Source: Pelagomonas calceolata
Lineage: Eukaryota
Direction of reading: 5' to 3'
Length of the DNA: 64,000 nt
NCBI GenBank assembly: GCA_918797485.1
Contig: CAKKNE010000002.1
Coordinates: 3,162,001-3,226,000 of the forward strand
Under the pieces are notes generated by a model. That model was given only the letters and a program-made list of their open reading frames with translations. It ran no database searches and was not told the origin of the DNA. The translations under genes were made by a program, and so were the position numbers. Shown here piece by piece: positions 41,736-52,453 of the stretch; position 1 is the first letter of the stretch; each line of letters starts with the position of its first letter.

Positions 41736-44228
41736 ATGCCGACGCGCCGCGGCTCGATCCAGCTCGGCGGCGCGCCGGCGCCGGTCGAGGACAGCGCCAT
41801 GCGCGCGGTGGACGTCGGCGCGGCGGTGGAGGGCCGCGACTCCTTCGGCGAGGAGGACGACGACGAGGTGCCGGTCAAGGTGCTGGCCTCGGACTTTGAC
41901 TCGGCCGCGATGGCGCCGCCGCCGCCGCGGGCGCCGGCGCCGGCGCGCGAGGAGTCGCTCCAGGTCTTCTGCCGCCTGCGGCCGCTGGCGCGGGGCGAGC
42001 AGGGCGGCGTCGTCGACGTCATGGACCCGCACACGATCCGGTCGGCGCCGCCGGCCGCGACGCAGCGGCACGCGTCGCACCACGTGCGGCGCGAGGCGCG
42101 GGACTACACGTTCGCGCGCGTGTTTGACGCGGCGGCGACACAAAATGAAGTCTACGAGCGCACGACGGCGCCGCTCGTCGACGGACTGTTTGGAGGACGG
42201 TCCGCTTTGTTATTCACCTACGGCGTGACGAACGCGGGCAAGAGCTACACGATGATGGGCAGCCCCGAGGACAATGATACGGCGGGCCTCCTGCCGCGGT
42301 CGCTCGGCGCGATCTTGGCGAGGGCCGAGGACCAGCGGTGCGAGGTGCGCCTGAGCTTCCTCGAGATCTACAACGAGCACGTTTATGATCTGATGGCCCC
42401 GACGGGCCGCTGGGCCAAGCGCCGCGCGTTGAGGGTTAAGGACGTCACGACCAGGATCGAGGTCGCGAATCTCACTTCCACGAGGGTGACGTCGGCGGCG
42501 CACGGCTTGGAGCTCTGCCGCGCGGCGCAATCACAACGAAAGACGTCGAAGACGGGCCTCAACCAGACGTCGTCGCGGTCCCACGCGATCTGTAGCTTGG
42601 AGGTCCGGAACGCGGCCGGCGCGTCCACGCAGCTCATGCTCGTCGATTTAGCTGGAAGTGAAAGAGGAGACCGCACGGGCGCCGCCGTGGGCGGCGCGCG
42701 CCAGAAGGAGGCGAACCACATCAACCAGTCCATCTCGCGGTTGATGAACTGTTTGAGAGTGGTCCGAGAAAAGCAGCACCACCCCTCTTCATCTCTGTGC
42801 GTGCCCTGGCGCGAGTCGAAGCTGACGCACCTCTTCCAGTACCTGCTCCAGCCGCCGAACGACGGCCAAATTGCAAGGGTCAGCATGGTCGTCTGCGCGT
42901 CGCCCGCCGCTGCGGATCATTCGGAAACGACGTATGTGGTCGGCAACGCGGCCCAGGCCAAGGCCGTGGCCATCGTGGCGCCGCCGCAAAACCAGCAGCG
43001 GGCGGCGCCGACGCGGAACCAGAACTACGATCGGAACGGGCGTCGGGTGGTCGAGGGCCAACAGACGCAACCGATCCCGAAGAAGCGCAAGGTGCCCGGC
43101 GGCGCGCGGCCGTCGCAGGAGAGCCTCGCGGACACGGCGTCGACTACTTCTGATTTGGAGTCTGAGGTTACTGCTCTGAAGGCCGCTCTCACGGCCGCCC
43201 ACGAGCGCATCTCGGAGGTGGAGCGCGAGGTGCGCGCCGAGTGCGCCGAGGAGATGGCTGCCACAATCCAGCGCATCCAGCAGGATTATGCGAGACGCGC
43301 GCGGCATTCGAGCGTCGCGGGCCCGCCTCCAGCACCGATGGATGTGGAGACCCAACCCGCACAACAAAGGGACCTCTGCAAGAGCGCGCGCAAGGCCCAG
43401 GACCGGGACCGGCTCGAGGCCTACGTCCTGGATTTGGAGGCGCAATTCCAAGAGGCGGAAGAGGAATTGGAGCGGGTCCGCGCGGCCAAGGACGCCGAAA
43501 TTACTTCATTGCAAGCGCAGCACGGCGACGGCGTGCCGCGGGCGGAGTACGACGCCGTCTGTCATAGATTGGAGCAGCTTGAAAGAGATGCCGCCGCGAG
43601 GCAGGCGGCGCGCGCGGAGGCCGAAGCGCAAAAACTGCGGGAGGCCGTGCGTGCCGCCGAGGCGGCGCAGGAGGCGCGCATTCAAGAAGCGGAGCGGCGC
43701 GCGGCGGCCGACGCCGACCGCGCGCGGCAAGCCCTCGAGGAGGCGTCGTCGGCGCGCGCCGCCGCGGACTCGTGCAAGGCGAAGTCGGACCGCGACGCCG
43801 CTTTATTAGAAGAAGCGACGCGGCGCGCCGAGGCCGCCGAGGCCGCCGTGAAGCACGCCGAGGCCATGGTCCAGCGCCAGCGCGAGTCGCTGCCGCCGCC
43901 GCCGCCGCCCATTTATGCTGATGCCGGGCCCGTCGTGCCGCCGGCGGCCGGCCCCTTCTCGCCCGCGAAGTCGCCGAAGAAGTCGCCGAAGCGCAAGAGC
44001 CCCGCGAAGAGCCCGGCCAAGGAGAACGCGTCGCCCCTCCGGAGCGTCATGGCGGCGCTGACCGGCTCGCCGAAGCGGACCAAGGCGCCGGCCGACGCGG
44101 CCCTCTCGCTCGACGCGCGCGCGCGCAAGATCAAGGACGAGCGCATCGCGCGCGCGAAGGCGCAGCGCGGCGGCGTCGCGACGGAGGTGCCCGTCGCCAA
44201 GCGCACGCGCGGCTACAAGATCCTCTGA
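41736..44228 (+). CDS. Kinesin motor protein, kinesin-6 (MKLP/KIF20)-like
   Basis: VFCRLRP, FTYGVTNAGKSYTM, SFLEIYNE, SSRSH, VDLAGSE, VPWRESKLT; coiled-coil tail with SPxK repeats. Confidence 0.9.
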   Translation: MPTRRGSIQLGGAPAPVEDSAMRAVDVGAAVEGRDSFGEEDDDEVPVKVLASDFDSAAMAPPPPRAPAPAREESLQVFCRLRPLARGEQGGVVDVMDPHTIRSAPPAATQRHASHHVRREARDYTFARVFDAAATQNEVYERTTAPLVDGLFGGRSALLFTYGVTNAGKSYTMMGSPEDNDTAGLLPRSLGAILARAEDQRCEVRLSFLEIYNEHVYDLMAPTGRWAKRRALRVKDVTTRIEVANLTSTRVTSAAHGLELCRAAQSQRKTSKTGLNQTSSRSHAICSLEVRNAAGASTQLMLVDLAGSERGDRTGAAVGGARQKEANHINQSISRLMNCLRVVREKQHHPSSSLCVPWRESKLTHLFQYLLQPPNDGQIARVSMVVCASPAAADHSETTYVVGNAAQAKAVAIVAPPQNQQRAAPTRNQNYDRNGRRVVEGQQTQPIPKKRKVPGGARPSQESLADTASTTSDLESEVTALKAALTAAHERISEVEREVRAECAEEMAATIQRIQQDYARRARHSSVAGPPPAPMDVETQPAQQRDLCKSARKAQDRDRLEAYVLDLEAQFQEAEEELERVRAAKDAEITSLQAQHGDGVPRAEYDAVCHRLEQLERDAAARQAARAEAEAQKLREAVRAAEAAQEARIQEAERRAAADADRARQALEEASSARAAADSCKAKSDRDAALLEEATRRAEAAEAAVKHAEAMVQRQRESLPPPPPPIYADAGPVVPPAAGPFSPAKSPKKSPKRKSPAKSPAKENASPLRSVMAALTGSPKRTKAPADAALSLDARARKIKDERIARAKAQRGGVATEVPVAKRTRGYKIL

Positions 44229-44303
44229 AGCAGGAACCCCTCTCCCCTTTCCCTCCCCCGGTTTAAGCAGCCTGTTTATCGACAAATAGATTTAGTCTCG
44301 ACT

Positions 44304-44789
44304 TCAGATGTAGCCGAGGTACTGCGGCTTCCTCCCGCCGATGATTTTCTTCGACAGGACCGGCGCGGACGCGTGGCAGAGGGCCAGCGCGGCCGCGGCC
44401 CGCGCGGCCTGAGTGACGTGCGGCGCGACGGCCGCGGGCGCGTTCGTCGAGAGGGCCCCCAGCGCGGCCGCCCAGGCCGCGGCGTAGAGGGCCATCGTCA
44501 TCCAACACCGCGTCCGCGCCGTCGCGAGGGCGCCGACGGCGGTGACGACGAGGAGCGCGCCGACGGCGTCGTAAGCCGGTGCGCCGCCGGCGAGGTCGCA
44601 CCACGGCCCGCGCGCCGCGCAGAAATCGACCGGGTCCGTCAGCAGGTGATAGCCCGTCCAGAGCAGGACGACGGGAGTTATGCGGTAGAGGAGGGCGTAC
44701 AAAGCCACGTAGGCGAAGGTGCCCAGGAGGATGGCGGCGGACGTGAGGGTGGCTACCGCGCCGACGCCGAGCACTAATGCCTCAGGCAT
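44304..44789 (-). CDS. Hypothetical multi-pass membrane protein
   Basis: 161-aa hydrophobic ORF with a motif copy about 140 bp upstream. Confidence 0.55.
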   Translation of the reverse strand: MPEALVLGVGAVATLTSAAILLGTFAYVALYALLYRITPVVLLWTGYHLLTDPVDFCAARGPWCDLAGGAPAYDAVGALLVVTAVGALATARTRCWMTMALYAAAWAAALGALSTNAPAAVAPHVTQAARAAAALALCHASAPVLSKKIIGGRKPQYLGYI

Positions 44790-44931
44790 GTTTGCTTGTG
44801 CAGCCTCTTGCTTTTGTGTCGCCTTGGAGGCTGCCCTTCGTCCTGGAGTGCTCTACGGTCCACGATTCGTGGAGTTTTGATGCCTTCGCGCCACAGGTGA
44901 CGTGCGAGCGAGCTGCCGAAACCAGAGAACT

Positions 44932-44955
44932 GCTAGTGTCTTACGTGCCGCTAGC
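44932..44955 (-). promoter_or_regulatory. Upstream CTAG-box motif
   Basis: Reverse complement is GCTAGCGGCACGTAAGACACTAGC; upstream of the gene starting at 44789. Confidence 0.7.
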
Positions 44956-45052
44956 CCTCGGATCTAAACGCGGAGCCCTTGATTTGCGCGCGCGGTCTAT
45001 CGGTACATATCCCGGACATATGAGAGCTCACAATACAATTAAAACAGTCATC

Positions 45053-46273
45053 CTAGTCCGGCCGCAGCCGGTCGCCGGCGCGCGGCTTGTCGTACCCGTA
45101 AAATTCCGCGAGGCGCAGCATCTCCGCCGCGAGCGGCTTGTCGACGCGTCGCAGGTCGCGCCAGGACAGGCGCAGGCGCCCCTCGTTGCGCCGGTTCGCG
45201 CCGTCGTCGAACGGCCCGACTTCAAAAATCCGCTCCCACCGCTCGCGGAGCGCCGGCAGCCACGCGCGCCATCCGCGGTGCGCGCACGTCTCCGCGGCGG
45301 CGGCCAGCCGTTGAGGCGGCTTCGCGGCGGCCGCGGCCTTGGAAACGATGGCGCAAACGCCGTCGTCCTGCTCGACGCGGACGACGCCGGCCGCCGCGCC
45401 CTTTTTAATAAGAAGCTCGAGCGCGCCGTAGTAGGCCGCCCAGGCCCGGGCGAAGCCGTGCGCGCACGAGATTTGCGCGAGCGGCGCCTCCTCCAGCCCG
45501 ACAATGCGCGCCATGGCCAGGATCTGCGGCTCAACCGAACGCGTCCCGTTCGCGGCGAGCGCCCCGTCGCCGCAAAAACCAGCAACGAGGGACTCGACGG
45601 TGCGCAGCGGGTGTCTCACCAAAACGACGGGCTTCGGCGCCAGCTGGATGGGGCACGTGCCCTTGGCGCCGCAGCCGCGCCAGCGCCGCGCCGCCGCCGG
45701 GCACGCTTTCCGCCAGCATTGACCGATGCGCTTCATCGCGCCGCCCGGCGCCGCGCCGCGGTGGTCCCGCTCCTCGCCGCACTCGCCGCGCGCGTCCAAA
45801 AATATTAGTTGGGGGTGCCACGCGCGCTTCAGATTAGTCAAACAGAGCGGGTCCCGCTCCTTGTCGTCGAGCGGATCTAAATAAAGGAGCGCATGCGCGT
45901 AGCCGACGGCGCCGTCCCGCCCATCAAAGCGCTCGTGCGTCACGTCCAGCCCCAAGGCCCGCAGCTCGCGACTCGTGTGCACCGTCCCGGAACCCATCGC
46001 TCCGACGACGACCACGGACGCCACGCGCGACGGGGGTCCGTCCCGCAGGAGCGTGCAGAGCGTGTACGTGGCCACGCACGCTACGACGAACCGCGTCGCG
46101 CGCCACCGGCTCCGCGGCGGCGCGCGCGGCATGAGTCGCCGCCGCGGCGGGAGGCCGCGGTAGTAGCGCGGCGTCGGCCGCGGCGAGCGCACGGTCGGGT
46201 GCCAGCGCACGTGCGGGCTTCTCTCGGGCGGCGGCGGTGGCGGTGGCGGCGCGCTTTCCGTGTGGCGGCGCAT
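45053..46273 (-). CDS. Type II membrane protein, possible sulfotransferase-like fold
   Basis: Single TM, then VVVVGAMGSGT...THE and VVLVRHPLRTVESL, resembling 5'-PSB and 3'-PB motifs. Confidence 0.5.
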   Translation of the reverse strand: MRRHTESAPPPPPPPPERSPHVRWHPTVRSPRPTPRYYRGLPPRRRLMPRAPPRSRWRATRFVVACVATYTLCTLLRDGPPSRVASVVVVGAMGSGTVHTSRELRALGLDVTHERFDGRDGAVGYAHALLYLDPLDDKERDPLCLTNLKRAWHPQLIFLDARGECGEERDHRGAAPGGAMKRIGQCWRKACPAAARRWRGCGAKGTCPIQLAPKPVVLVRHPLRTVESLVAGFCGDGALAANGTRSVEPQILAMARIVGLEEAPLAQISCAHGFARAWAAYYGALELLIKKGAAAGVVRVEQDDGVCAIVSKAAAAAKPPQRLAAAAETCAHRGWRAWLPALRERWERIFEVGPFDDGANRRNEGRLRLSWRDLRRVDKPLAAEMLRLAEFYGYDKPRAGDRLRPD

Positions 46274-46463
46274 TATTGCGTCCTCTTCTCCAGCGCACTC
46301 TTTGAGAGCTGAACCCAGACTGGCCTGTCTAAAAGCTGCGATGTCCCCTACGGCTTGTGATTGCCTGGGCGCGAGCGCACGCCTTCAAAGGCTTCAAAGG
46401 CTTTAATTCAAGCACACGTTTGGCATGCGTTCGGCCCGACAAGCCTGACCGCGAGAGGAGCGT

Positions 46464-46487
46464 GCTAGCGTAATGTAAGACACTAGC
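46464..46487 (+). promoter_or_regulatory. Upstream CTAG-box motif
   Basis: GCTAGCGTAATGTAAGACACTAGC, between divergent genes. Confidence 0.7.
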
Positions 46488-46569
46488 AAGCACGAGGTCG
46501 TGCAGCGCTTTACGAGGATATTCGCCTCCCGCGGCTGCCCCGCGCAGAGAACAGCTGCCCACGACCAAG

Positions 46570-47430
46570 ATGTTCGTCCAGCGCATGCTCAAGGACCCGG
46601 CCTTCGCCGCAAAGGTCAAGGAACAGCAATTGATAGCCGCCTCAAAAGGGCAAAACGCGGACCCGAACGTCATCGACGAGGCGACGGCGCAGCGATATTT
46701 GGATGAGGACGAAGCAGCTCAAAAACGAGAGAAGACGGAGGTCAAGCCCATGTCACAGAAGGAAGCCGAGAGCCTGGAGCGCGTCGACAACCGCGCCGAG
46801 CAAGTCAAGGTCGTCGCGCAGTCGCTGGCCTTCGTGGGGCTCGGTGTGCGGGCCGTGGCGGCGGGCATGCTCGGCGCGACGAACGATCCCGAGGTGGCGC
46901 GGGACGTCTGTACCATAATAAGACAAGCCCACAAGCCGGAAGAAACAAGGGTCGGTGAGGCGTTTAGAGAAGGTGAGATGATCGACGTGGAGACGGTCGA
47001 GGCGATGCTGGGCGATGTTTCAATACGATGGGTGGCCGTCGAGGCGGCCTCCGGGCGGGGCGTGGAACAGGACGGCGCGAGACTGGGCGTCGCGGCTTTT
47101 AGTGTTGCGGGGAATAGGTGTGACGTGCGTTTTTTATGTGTCAGGCCGACGTACCACGGGCTGTACGTAGGGCATCGACTCTTGGAGCGCGTCGAGCGGC
47201 TCGCGGTGGCCGCGGGCGCGCGGCAGCTGTGCTGCTGCGTGCCGTCTTGTAGAACGTCGATGCGGCGGTGGGTCGAGCGGCGGGGCTTCCGGCCCTTATC
47301 GGTCGCGCCGTTCCCGCTCGAGGCGCTCCCGTTCAAAATTACGAGAGCGGACGCGAAGCTTGTTGTGTATGGAAAAGACATCGGCGACGCGCAGCCGCCG
47401 CCGCCGCCGTCGTACGATAATATGGATTAG
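46570..47430 (+). CDS. GNAT family acetyltransferase
   Basis: LCVRPTYHGLYVGHRLL (motif A) and WVERRGF (motif B). Confidence 0.75.
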   Translation: MFVQRMLKDPAFAAKVKEQQLIAASKGQNADPNVIDEATAQRYLDEDEAAQKREKTEVKPMSQKEAESLERVDNRAEQVKVVAQSLAFVGLGVRAVAAGMLGATNDPEVARDVCTIIRQAHKPEETRVGEAFREGEMIDVETVEAMLGDVSIRWVAVEAASGRGVEQDGARLGVAAFSVAGNRCDVRFLCVRPTYHGLYVGHRLLERVERLAVAAGARQLCCCVPSCRTSMRRWVERRGFRPLSVAPFPLEALPFKITRADAKLVVYGKDIGDAQPPPPPSYDNMD

Positions 47431-47671
47431 CTTTCTTGTTTTTTTTGGATCTGTCCGGGCGAGTATCACGGAATGCTAGTATGTCACACCTAGGGTGGCA
47501 GGTAAAAAGTGCGCGGAGCGTGCCTCGGGTGCATTTTCGCACAGGTCTGGGCTTCTTGCGGGGTTTGTGGTGCTGGTGTATTGCTGCAACGCCCAGGAGC
47601 ACGCGCAACCGCTGCAGTTTCGCGCCATAAGCAAGCTTATCAGCACGACCACCGCTCACTGTGCCGCACGC

Positions 47672-50600
47672 ATGAGTTTCGCCGCCATGAGCGCCCAGGT
47701 CGTGACGCCGGACGCCTACAACAAACTGCAGCAGGACCACGAGCAACTGCGCGCGAAGACGGCGCAGCTCGTCGGCCAATTCAAAGCGCTAAAGGCCGAG
47801 AAGGAAGCTGCCGCGGCCGAGGCGGCGGCCAAGAACGACGCCGTCGTCGCGAAGACGCGGGAGTTGGTCGCGCGGTACAAAGCGTCACAAGCGGAGGTCG
47901 AGGACCTGCGGTCCAAGGCGGGCGCGCCGGACCCAGCATTAGTGGAGCGGAGCCGCGCCCTCGCGGCGCGCTACAAGCAGCTCCAGGGCGAGAAGGCGGC
48001 GGCCGACGCCGAAATCGCGAACCTCCGCAGCTCGACGAGCGAGGCCGAGGCCTCGTCCTTCGCACTAGAGACCACCAAGGCCGAGCTCGACGTCGTGCGC
48101 CGGGAACTCGACGCGGCGCGCAAGACGACGCAGGGGTTGCGCGCGGACGCGGAATCGGCGAAGAAGGCGGCGGCGGCGGGCAGCGCCGAGGTCGCCGGCC
48201 TCAAGCAGCAGCTCGCCGCCGCGGGTAGCACGAGTAGCCAGGCGGTCGACGCCCTGCAAAAGGAGCTCGCCGCAGCGCGCGCTGACGGGGACGCTCTGAG
48301 GGGCGCCGACGCCGCCTCGCGCAAGGAGATCGACGCCCTGAAGGGTGCGCTGGACGCCGCGCGAGCATCCACGGGCGACGCCGAGGCCGCGGCGCGCCAG
48401 GAGGCCGACGCGCTGCGCGGCGAGGTCCAGGCCTCTCGCCAGGAAACCGAGACGCTCAAGAAGGCTCTCGAGGCGGCGCGGTCGAACGCGCACAAGGCCG
48501 CGAAGCAGGAAGCGGAGGCCCTGCGCGGCGAAGCGGCCGCGGCGCGCGGCGAGTGCGACAAGCTCAAGCAAGCGCTCGCCGCGGCACAAAAAAGCACCGG
48601 CGAAGCCGCCGCGGCGGCGGCCAAGGAGGTCGAGGCATTGAAGGGCGAGGCCGCCAAGGCCCGGGAAGCCTTATCCGCCGCCCGCGAGAACGCGAACGCG
48701 AAGTCCAAGGCCATCGAGACCGCGCGCGCCGAGGCCAAGGCCGCGGTCGCCGCTGCGAAGTCGGAGGCCCAGGCAGCACAGGCAAAGCTCCAGGGCGAAG
48801 TCGACGCCGCCAAGGAGCAGCTCGCGACGGCGACCGCGGCGCTCGAGGCCGCGCGCCAGAGCTCGGGCGACGCGGCGAAGCAAACGTCCGCGGCGGTCGA
48901 GGCCGCGGGCCGCGAGGCCGATAAATTGCGCGGCGAGCTCCGGGCAGCGCAGCAGGCAGCCAAATCCGCGGCGACCGAGGCGCAGCAGGGCGCGGCCAAG
49001 GCGGCGGCGGCCCTGGACGCGGCGAAGGCGGACGCCGCTGCCGCGACGCAGGAGGCCAAGAAGCTGCAAAGTGCACTCGCCGCCGCGCGCCAGGACGCCG
49101 GCGACGCCGCCTCCGCGCGCGAGGCCGCCGACGCGGCGAACAGCGAGGCCCAGAAGCTGCAGAGCGACCTCGCGTCGGCTAAGAAAACGATCGACGAGCA
49201 GGCGCAGAAGCTCAAGGCCGCGGAGCGCGGCCGCGACGAGGCCGTCGCCGCTGCGGCGACGACGAAGACCCTCGCGGAGAAGACTGCGGAAAAGGCCGGC
49301 AGGGAGACCTCGAAGCTGAAGGAGGAACTTGCCGCCGCGCGCCAGGGCGCCGGCGACGCGGCGAAGCAGACGGCCGCGGCGGTCGACGAGGCGCGGGCCG
49401 AGGCGAAGGCGGCGCGCGGCGACGCCGACGCGGCACGGAAAGAAGCTAAAGCCGCCCAGGACGCGGTGGACGCGGCGCGCAACGAGACCAAGGCCGCCCA
49501 GGACCTGCTCGCGGCCGCGCGCGAGACGTCCGTCGCCGCCGCGCAAAAGCTAACCGAGGCAATCGACGGCGCCGCTGCGGCCAAAAAAGAAAACGCGGCG
49601 CTGCGGGACGCGCTCGCCAAGGCGAGTAGCGGCGGCGGCGCCGCCGAGACCGAGGCCCAGCGCTTGAAAAAGGAGCTCGCCGCGCTGGGCGACCGCTTCG
49701 ACGACGCCTCCGCTTCGTTGGATGCCGCCAAGGCGGAGGCCGGCGAAATCACGCACCAGCTCGAGACCTGCGTCGTGAAGAGCGAGGAGGCGGCGAAAAC
49801 GTTAGGAGCCGCGCTTGAGGCCGCGAGGCAAGAGAACGACGCGGCGCGCAAGGAAAATCTCCGCCTCGCGGGCGAGCTCGAGGACGCAAAGCAGGCGTTG
49901 CACGACGCGCGCGATACTGCCGACCAGGCGACCGCGGGGTCCGCGGACGCCGTGGCCGCCGCCAAGGCGGAGCTCGAGCGCCTCGCGGGCGACGTGACGA
50001 GCCTGCGGTCGGAACTGAAGGAGAAGGACGCCCAGCTCAGTGTCGCGGCCGAGCTCGAGGCGAAGGCGAAGGCGCAGCTCGCGGAAGCCGAGGATTCGGC
50101 GAAGCGCATGCAGGCGGTGCAGCAGAGCGCCACGGCGACGCAGGCGCAGCTCGCCGACGCCGTCAAAGAGGCCGTCGACAACAATGAGGTCCTCGCGCGG
50201 GAGCTGAAGGCGCGCGACGACGAGCGGGCGGCGCTCGAGGCGGACCTCGCCGCCGCCAAGGGCGAGCTCGAGGCGGCGCGCACCGAGGCCGGGGCGGCCG
50301 GCGACCGAGAGGCGCTGGAGACAGCGGCGGCCGCGCGAGAGGAGGCGTGGCGGGCCGAGGTCGACGAGCTCAAGGCCAAAGTATCTGAACTCGCCGCGGC
50401 CAAGGCGGATGTCGTCGACGTGCTGCGGCGCGCGAAGGCCGCGGACGGCACCGAGCTCGCTAAGGCAAAGGCCGAGGCAGCGGACGCGAAGAAGCGGCTC
50501 GCCGAGGTCGAGGCCGCGGCGCAATCGTTAAGGAGCGGCGCCGACGCCGTCCGGCAGAAGTTTCAACAACTGGAGAGCGAGAACGCGACGCTGCGGGCAA

Positions 50601-50833
50601 ATGGAAACGGCGTCGAGTTCGAGCCCGAGGACCGGTTTGTGTACCTCAAAAACCTCATGTGCGAGTACCTCGCGACGGCCCCCGAGGACTCCGCGCGCGC
50701 GCCGATGGAGCGGGCGATGAAGGCCGTGATCGGCTTCGACGATTCCGACGCGAAGCGCCTCGAGGCGAAGAAGGCCGAGCACGCGAAGCGGGCGCTCGGC
50801 GGGCTGGCGGTGTTCTTCGGCGGGAGCGGGTAA
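47672..50833 (+). CDS. Long coiled-coil protein with C-terminal GRIP-like domain (golgin)
   Basis: About 1000 aa of A/E/K heptads; FVYLKNLMCEYL...MKAVIGFD at the C-terminus; ATG at 47672. Confidence 0.75.
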   Translation: MSFAAMSAQVVTPDAYNKLQQDHEQLRAKTAQLVGQFKALKAEKEAAAAEAAAKNDAVVAKTRELVARYKASQAEVEDLRSKAGAPDPALVERSRALAARYKQLQGEKAAADAEIANLRSSTSEAEASSFALETTKAELDVVRRELDAARKTTQGLRADAESAKKAAAAGSAEVAGLKQQLAAAGSTSSQAVDALQKELAAARADGDALRGADAASRKEIDALKGALDAARASTGDAEAAARQEADALRGEVQASRQETETLKKALEAARSNAHKAAKQEAEALRGEAAAARGECDKLKQALAAAQKSTGEAAAAAAKEVEALKGEAAKAREALSAARENANAKSKAIETARAEAKAAVAAAKSEAQAAQAKLQGEVDAAKEQLATATAALEAARQSSGDAAKQTSAAVEAAGREADKLRGELRAAQQAAKSAATEAQQGAAKAAAALDAAKADAAAATQEAKKLQSALAAARQDAGDAASAREAADAANSEAQKLQSDLASAKKTIDEQAQKLKAAERGRDEAVAAAATTKTLAEKTAEKAGRETSKLKEELAAARQGAGDAAKQTAAAVDEARAEAKAARGDADAARKEAKAAQDAVDAARNETKAAQDLLAAARETSVAAAQKLTEAIDGAAAAKKENAALRDALAKASSGGGAAETEAQRLKKELAALGDRFDDASASLDAAKAEAGEITHQLETCVVKSEEAAKTLGAALEAARQENDAARKENLRLAGELEDAKQALHDARDTADQATAGSADAVAAAKAELERLAGDVTSLRSELKEKDAQLSVAAELEAKAKAQLAEAEDSAKRMQAVQQSATATQAQLADAVKEAVDNNEVLARELKARDDERAALEADLAAAKGELEAARTEAGAAGDREALETAAAAREEAWRAEVDELKAKVSELAAAKADVVDVLRRAKAADGTELAKAKAEAADAKKRLAEVEAAAQSLRSGADAVRQKFQQLESENATLRANGNGVEFEPEDRFVYLKNLMCEYLATAPEDSARAPMERAMKAVIGFDDSDAKRLEAKKAEHAKRALGGLAVFFGGSG

Positions 50834-50847
50834 GATTACTACTAGTA

Positions 50848-52185
50848 CTAACTCTCTTTACCATTGTAATACCAAGAGTGAATAATACGACCATCGTCAA
50901 CCATACCAAAACCAAGTTGCAATTCATCAAAATCGCAGGCTTCGACCGTCGCGCCGCGGTCCTTCAAGAGATCGACGATGCCTTGACACAGTACACGATC
51001 TAGTCCGGCGCGGTCGCTATCGTACTCGCGCAGAGACCAGCCCAGACCCCTAAGATTCGGGCAGCCCTGGAGGAGGCGGAGCACGTCAGCGGCGCTGAGT
51101 GGACTTCCTGGTTCCGGGGGATCCGAGGCGGAGTACTCAATTGTGATACTAGAGAGCGTCGCTGCGGACTGGCTCCGAGTTATTGCGTCGACAATACCCG
51201 AGGTCAAGAGGCCGAGATACTCGAGCTCCAACCACTCCAGGCGTAAGTGAGAGCAGGCCGCAGCAATACATGCGTCCGTCGTCGTTTCGTCTTCGAGATG
51301 GAGGCACGTGATCCGCGCAGTCGTGCGCGAGAGATCAATATAAAATCCTGGCCCCGGCATCGAAGAACCCTGGGGTATTTTGAGCGAGCAAAACTCCGGA
51401 AAGCCGCGGGCCGCGGCAAGAATTGCATCGGGTTCGAGCACAGTGTCGTCATCGATCTCGCCAAAGTGCTGGAGGCTATCGCCGAGGGGCGTGCCGACGA
51501 TGGCCTCGATAACGTCAGCGGTGACATGGCAGCCATCTAATTCCAGGTACCTCGCGTGGCGGCAAGTGAGCGCCGTTTTTCTTATGGCATCGATGAGCGT
51601 CGGCCTGTAGGGTCGGCTGCCGCCGTCGAATAATAAATTGACGTGATTAAGCCGGGGGAAATGGTGCTCGTAAGTTTCTGCGGGACTGTGCCCAATGTGC
51701 GAGAAGCTTACCTCATTCAAATCGGGACAGGCCGCACTGATGGAAATCACGGTACTATCAGGGATAGCAACACTCGATGGACCTCGTAACTTGGTTAATT
51801 TTGGCGATGCCTGGCACATCCTCAGTAGTGCCTCCGCCGTAACGTCGCAGGTCCATAAATTGAGCGAGAACAAACCACCATTCGTTCTCCGGACGAACGC
51901 GTCGAGCGCCGCGATCCTTTCCGGGGAACGAACATGGGCGGAGAGACGAATGCAACCGGCGCCGAACACGCGCCCCACGGCCTCGTCGCGTCGCGGATCC
52001 GCTTCGCCGCGAAAGTGAACATGCCGGCACAGGAACGAGCACGACGACGAGAGCCCGCGCTGCGCCAATGCGAGCCCGCTTTTGGAGGTCGCGCGCAAGG
52101 CGTATAATTCCTTGCTTATCCGGAAGCTGTACTGTGCCACCTTCGTGGTGAGGACCTCTTCTGGCAGAGAATATGTGGTGCCCAT
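50848..52185 (-). CDS. RNI-like leucine-rich repeat protein, possible N-terminal F-box
   Basis: SLPEEVL at the N-terminus; SPKLTKL, CPDLNEV, LELDGCHVT, GCPNLRGL LRR-like units. Confidence 0.6.
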   Translation of the reverse strand: MGTTYSLPEEVLTTKVAQYSFRISKELYALRATSKSGLALAQRGLSSSCSFLCRHVHFRGEADPRRDEAVGRVFGAGCIRLSAHVRSPERIAALDAFVRRTNGGLFSLNLWTCDVTAEALLRMCQASPKLTKLRGPSSVAIPDSTVISISAACPDLNEVSFSHIGHSPAETYEHHFPRLNHVNLLFDGGSRPYRPTLIDAIRKTALTCRHARYLELDGCHVTADVIEAIVGTPLGDSLQHFGEIDDDTVLEPDAILAAARGFPEFCSLKIPQGSSMPGPGFYIDLSRTTARITCLHLEDETTTDACIAAACSHLRLEWLELEYLGLLTSGIVDAITRSQSAATLSSITIEYSASDPPEPGSPLSAADVLRLLQGCPNLRGLGWSLREYDSDRAGLDRVLCQGIVDLLKDRGATVEACDFDELQLGFGMVDDGRIIHSWYYNGKES

Positions 52186-52338
52186 CCTGTCTTGCAGGTT
52201 GGGCTGCCCCTGGCACCTGGTACGACGATTGCGCGCGTAAGATCTGTGTGCTCGCTAGTATGTATGTTGTTATAGCCCCCCCCTCGCCCGCTGACGAGCG
52301 GTTGCGAAAAACGAGACTTGATGCCCCTCACAGCCCCA

Positions 52339-52362
52339 GCTAGTGTCTTACATGCCGCTAGC
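52339..52362 (-). promoter_or_regulatory. Upstream CTAG-box motif
   Basis: Reverse complement is GCTAGCGGCATGTAAGACACTAGC; lies between divergent genes. Confidence 0.7.
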
Positions 52363-52453
52363 TCTCGCAACAAACGCGCTTTGCTGCCGGCCTCTCTCCG
52401 CATCCTGTGTTTGTTTTCGACTCCTCTTTTGGCTGCTGTTGGATCGCTGCATA

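Noticed and set aside
47971..50451. 826-aa minus-strand ORF
   Set aside because: Antisense shadow of the Ala/Glu/Lys coiled-coil gene; the Ser/Ala-rich translation has no motifs.
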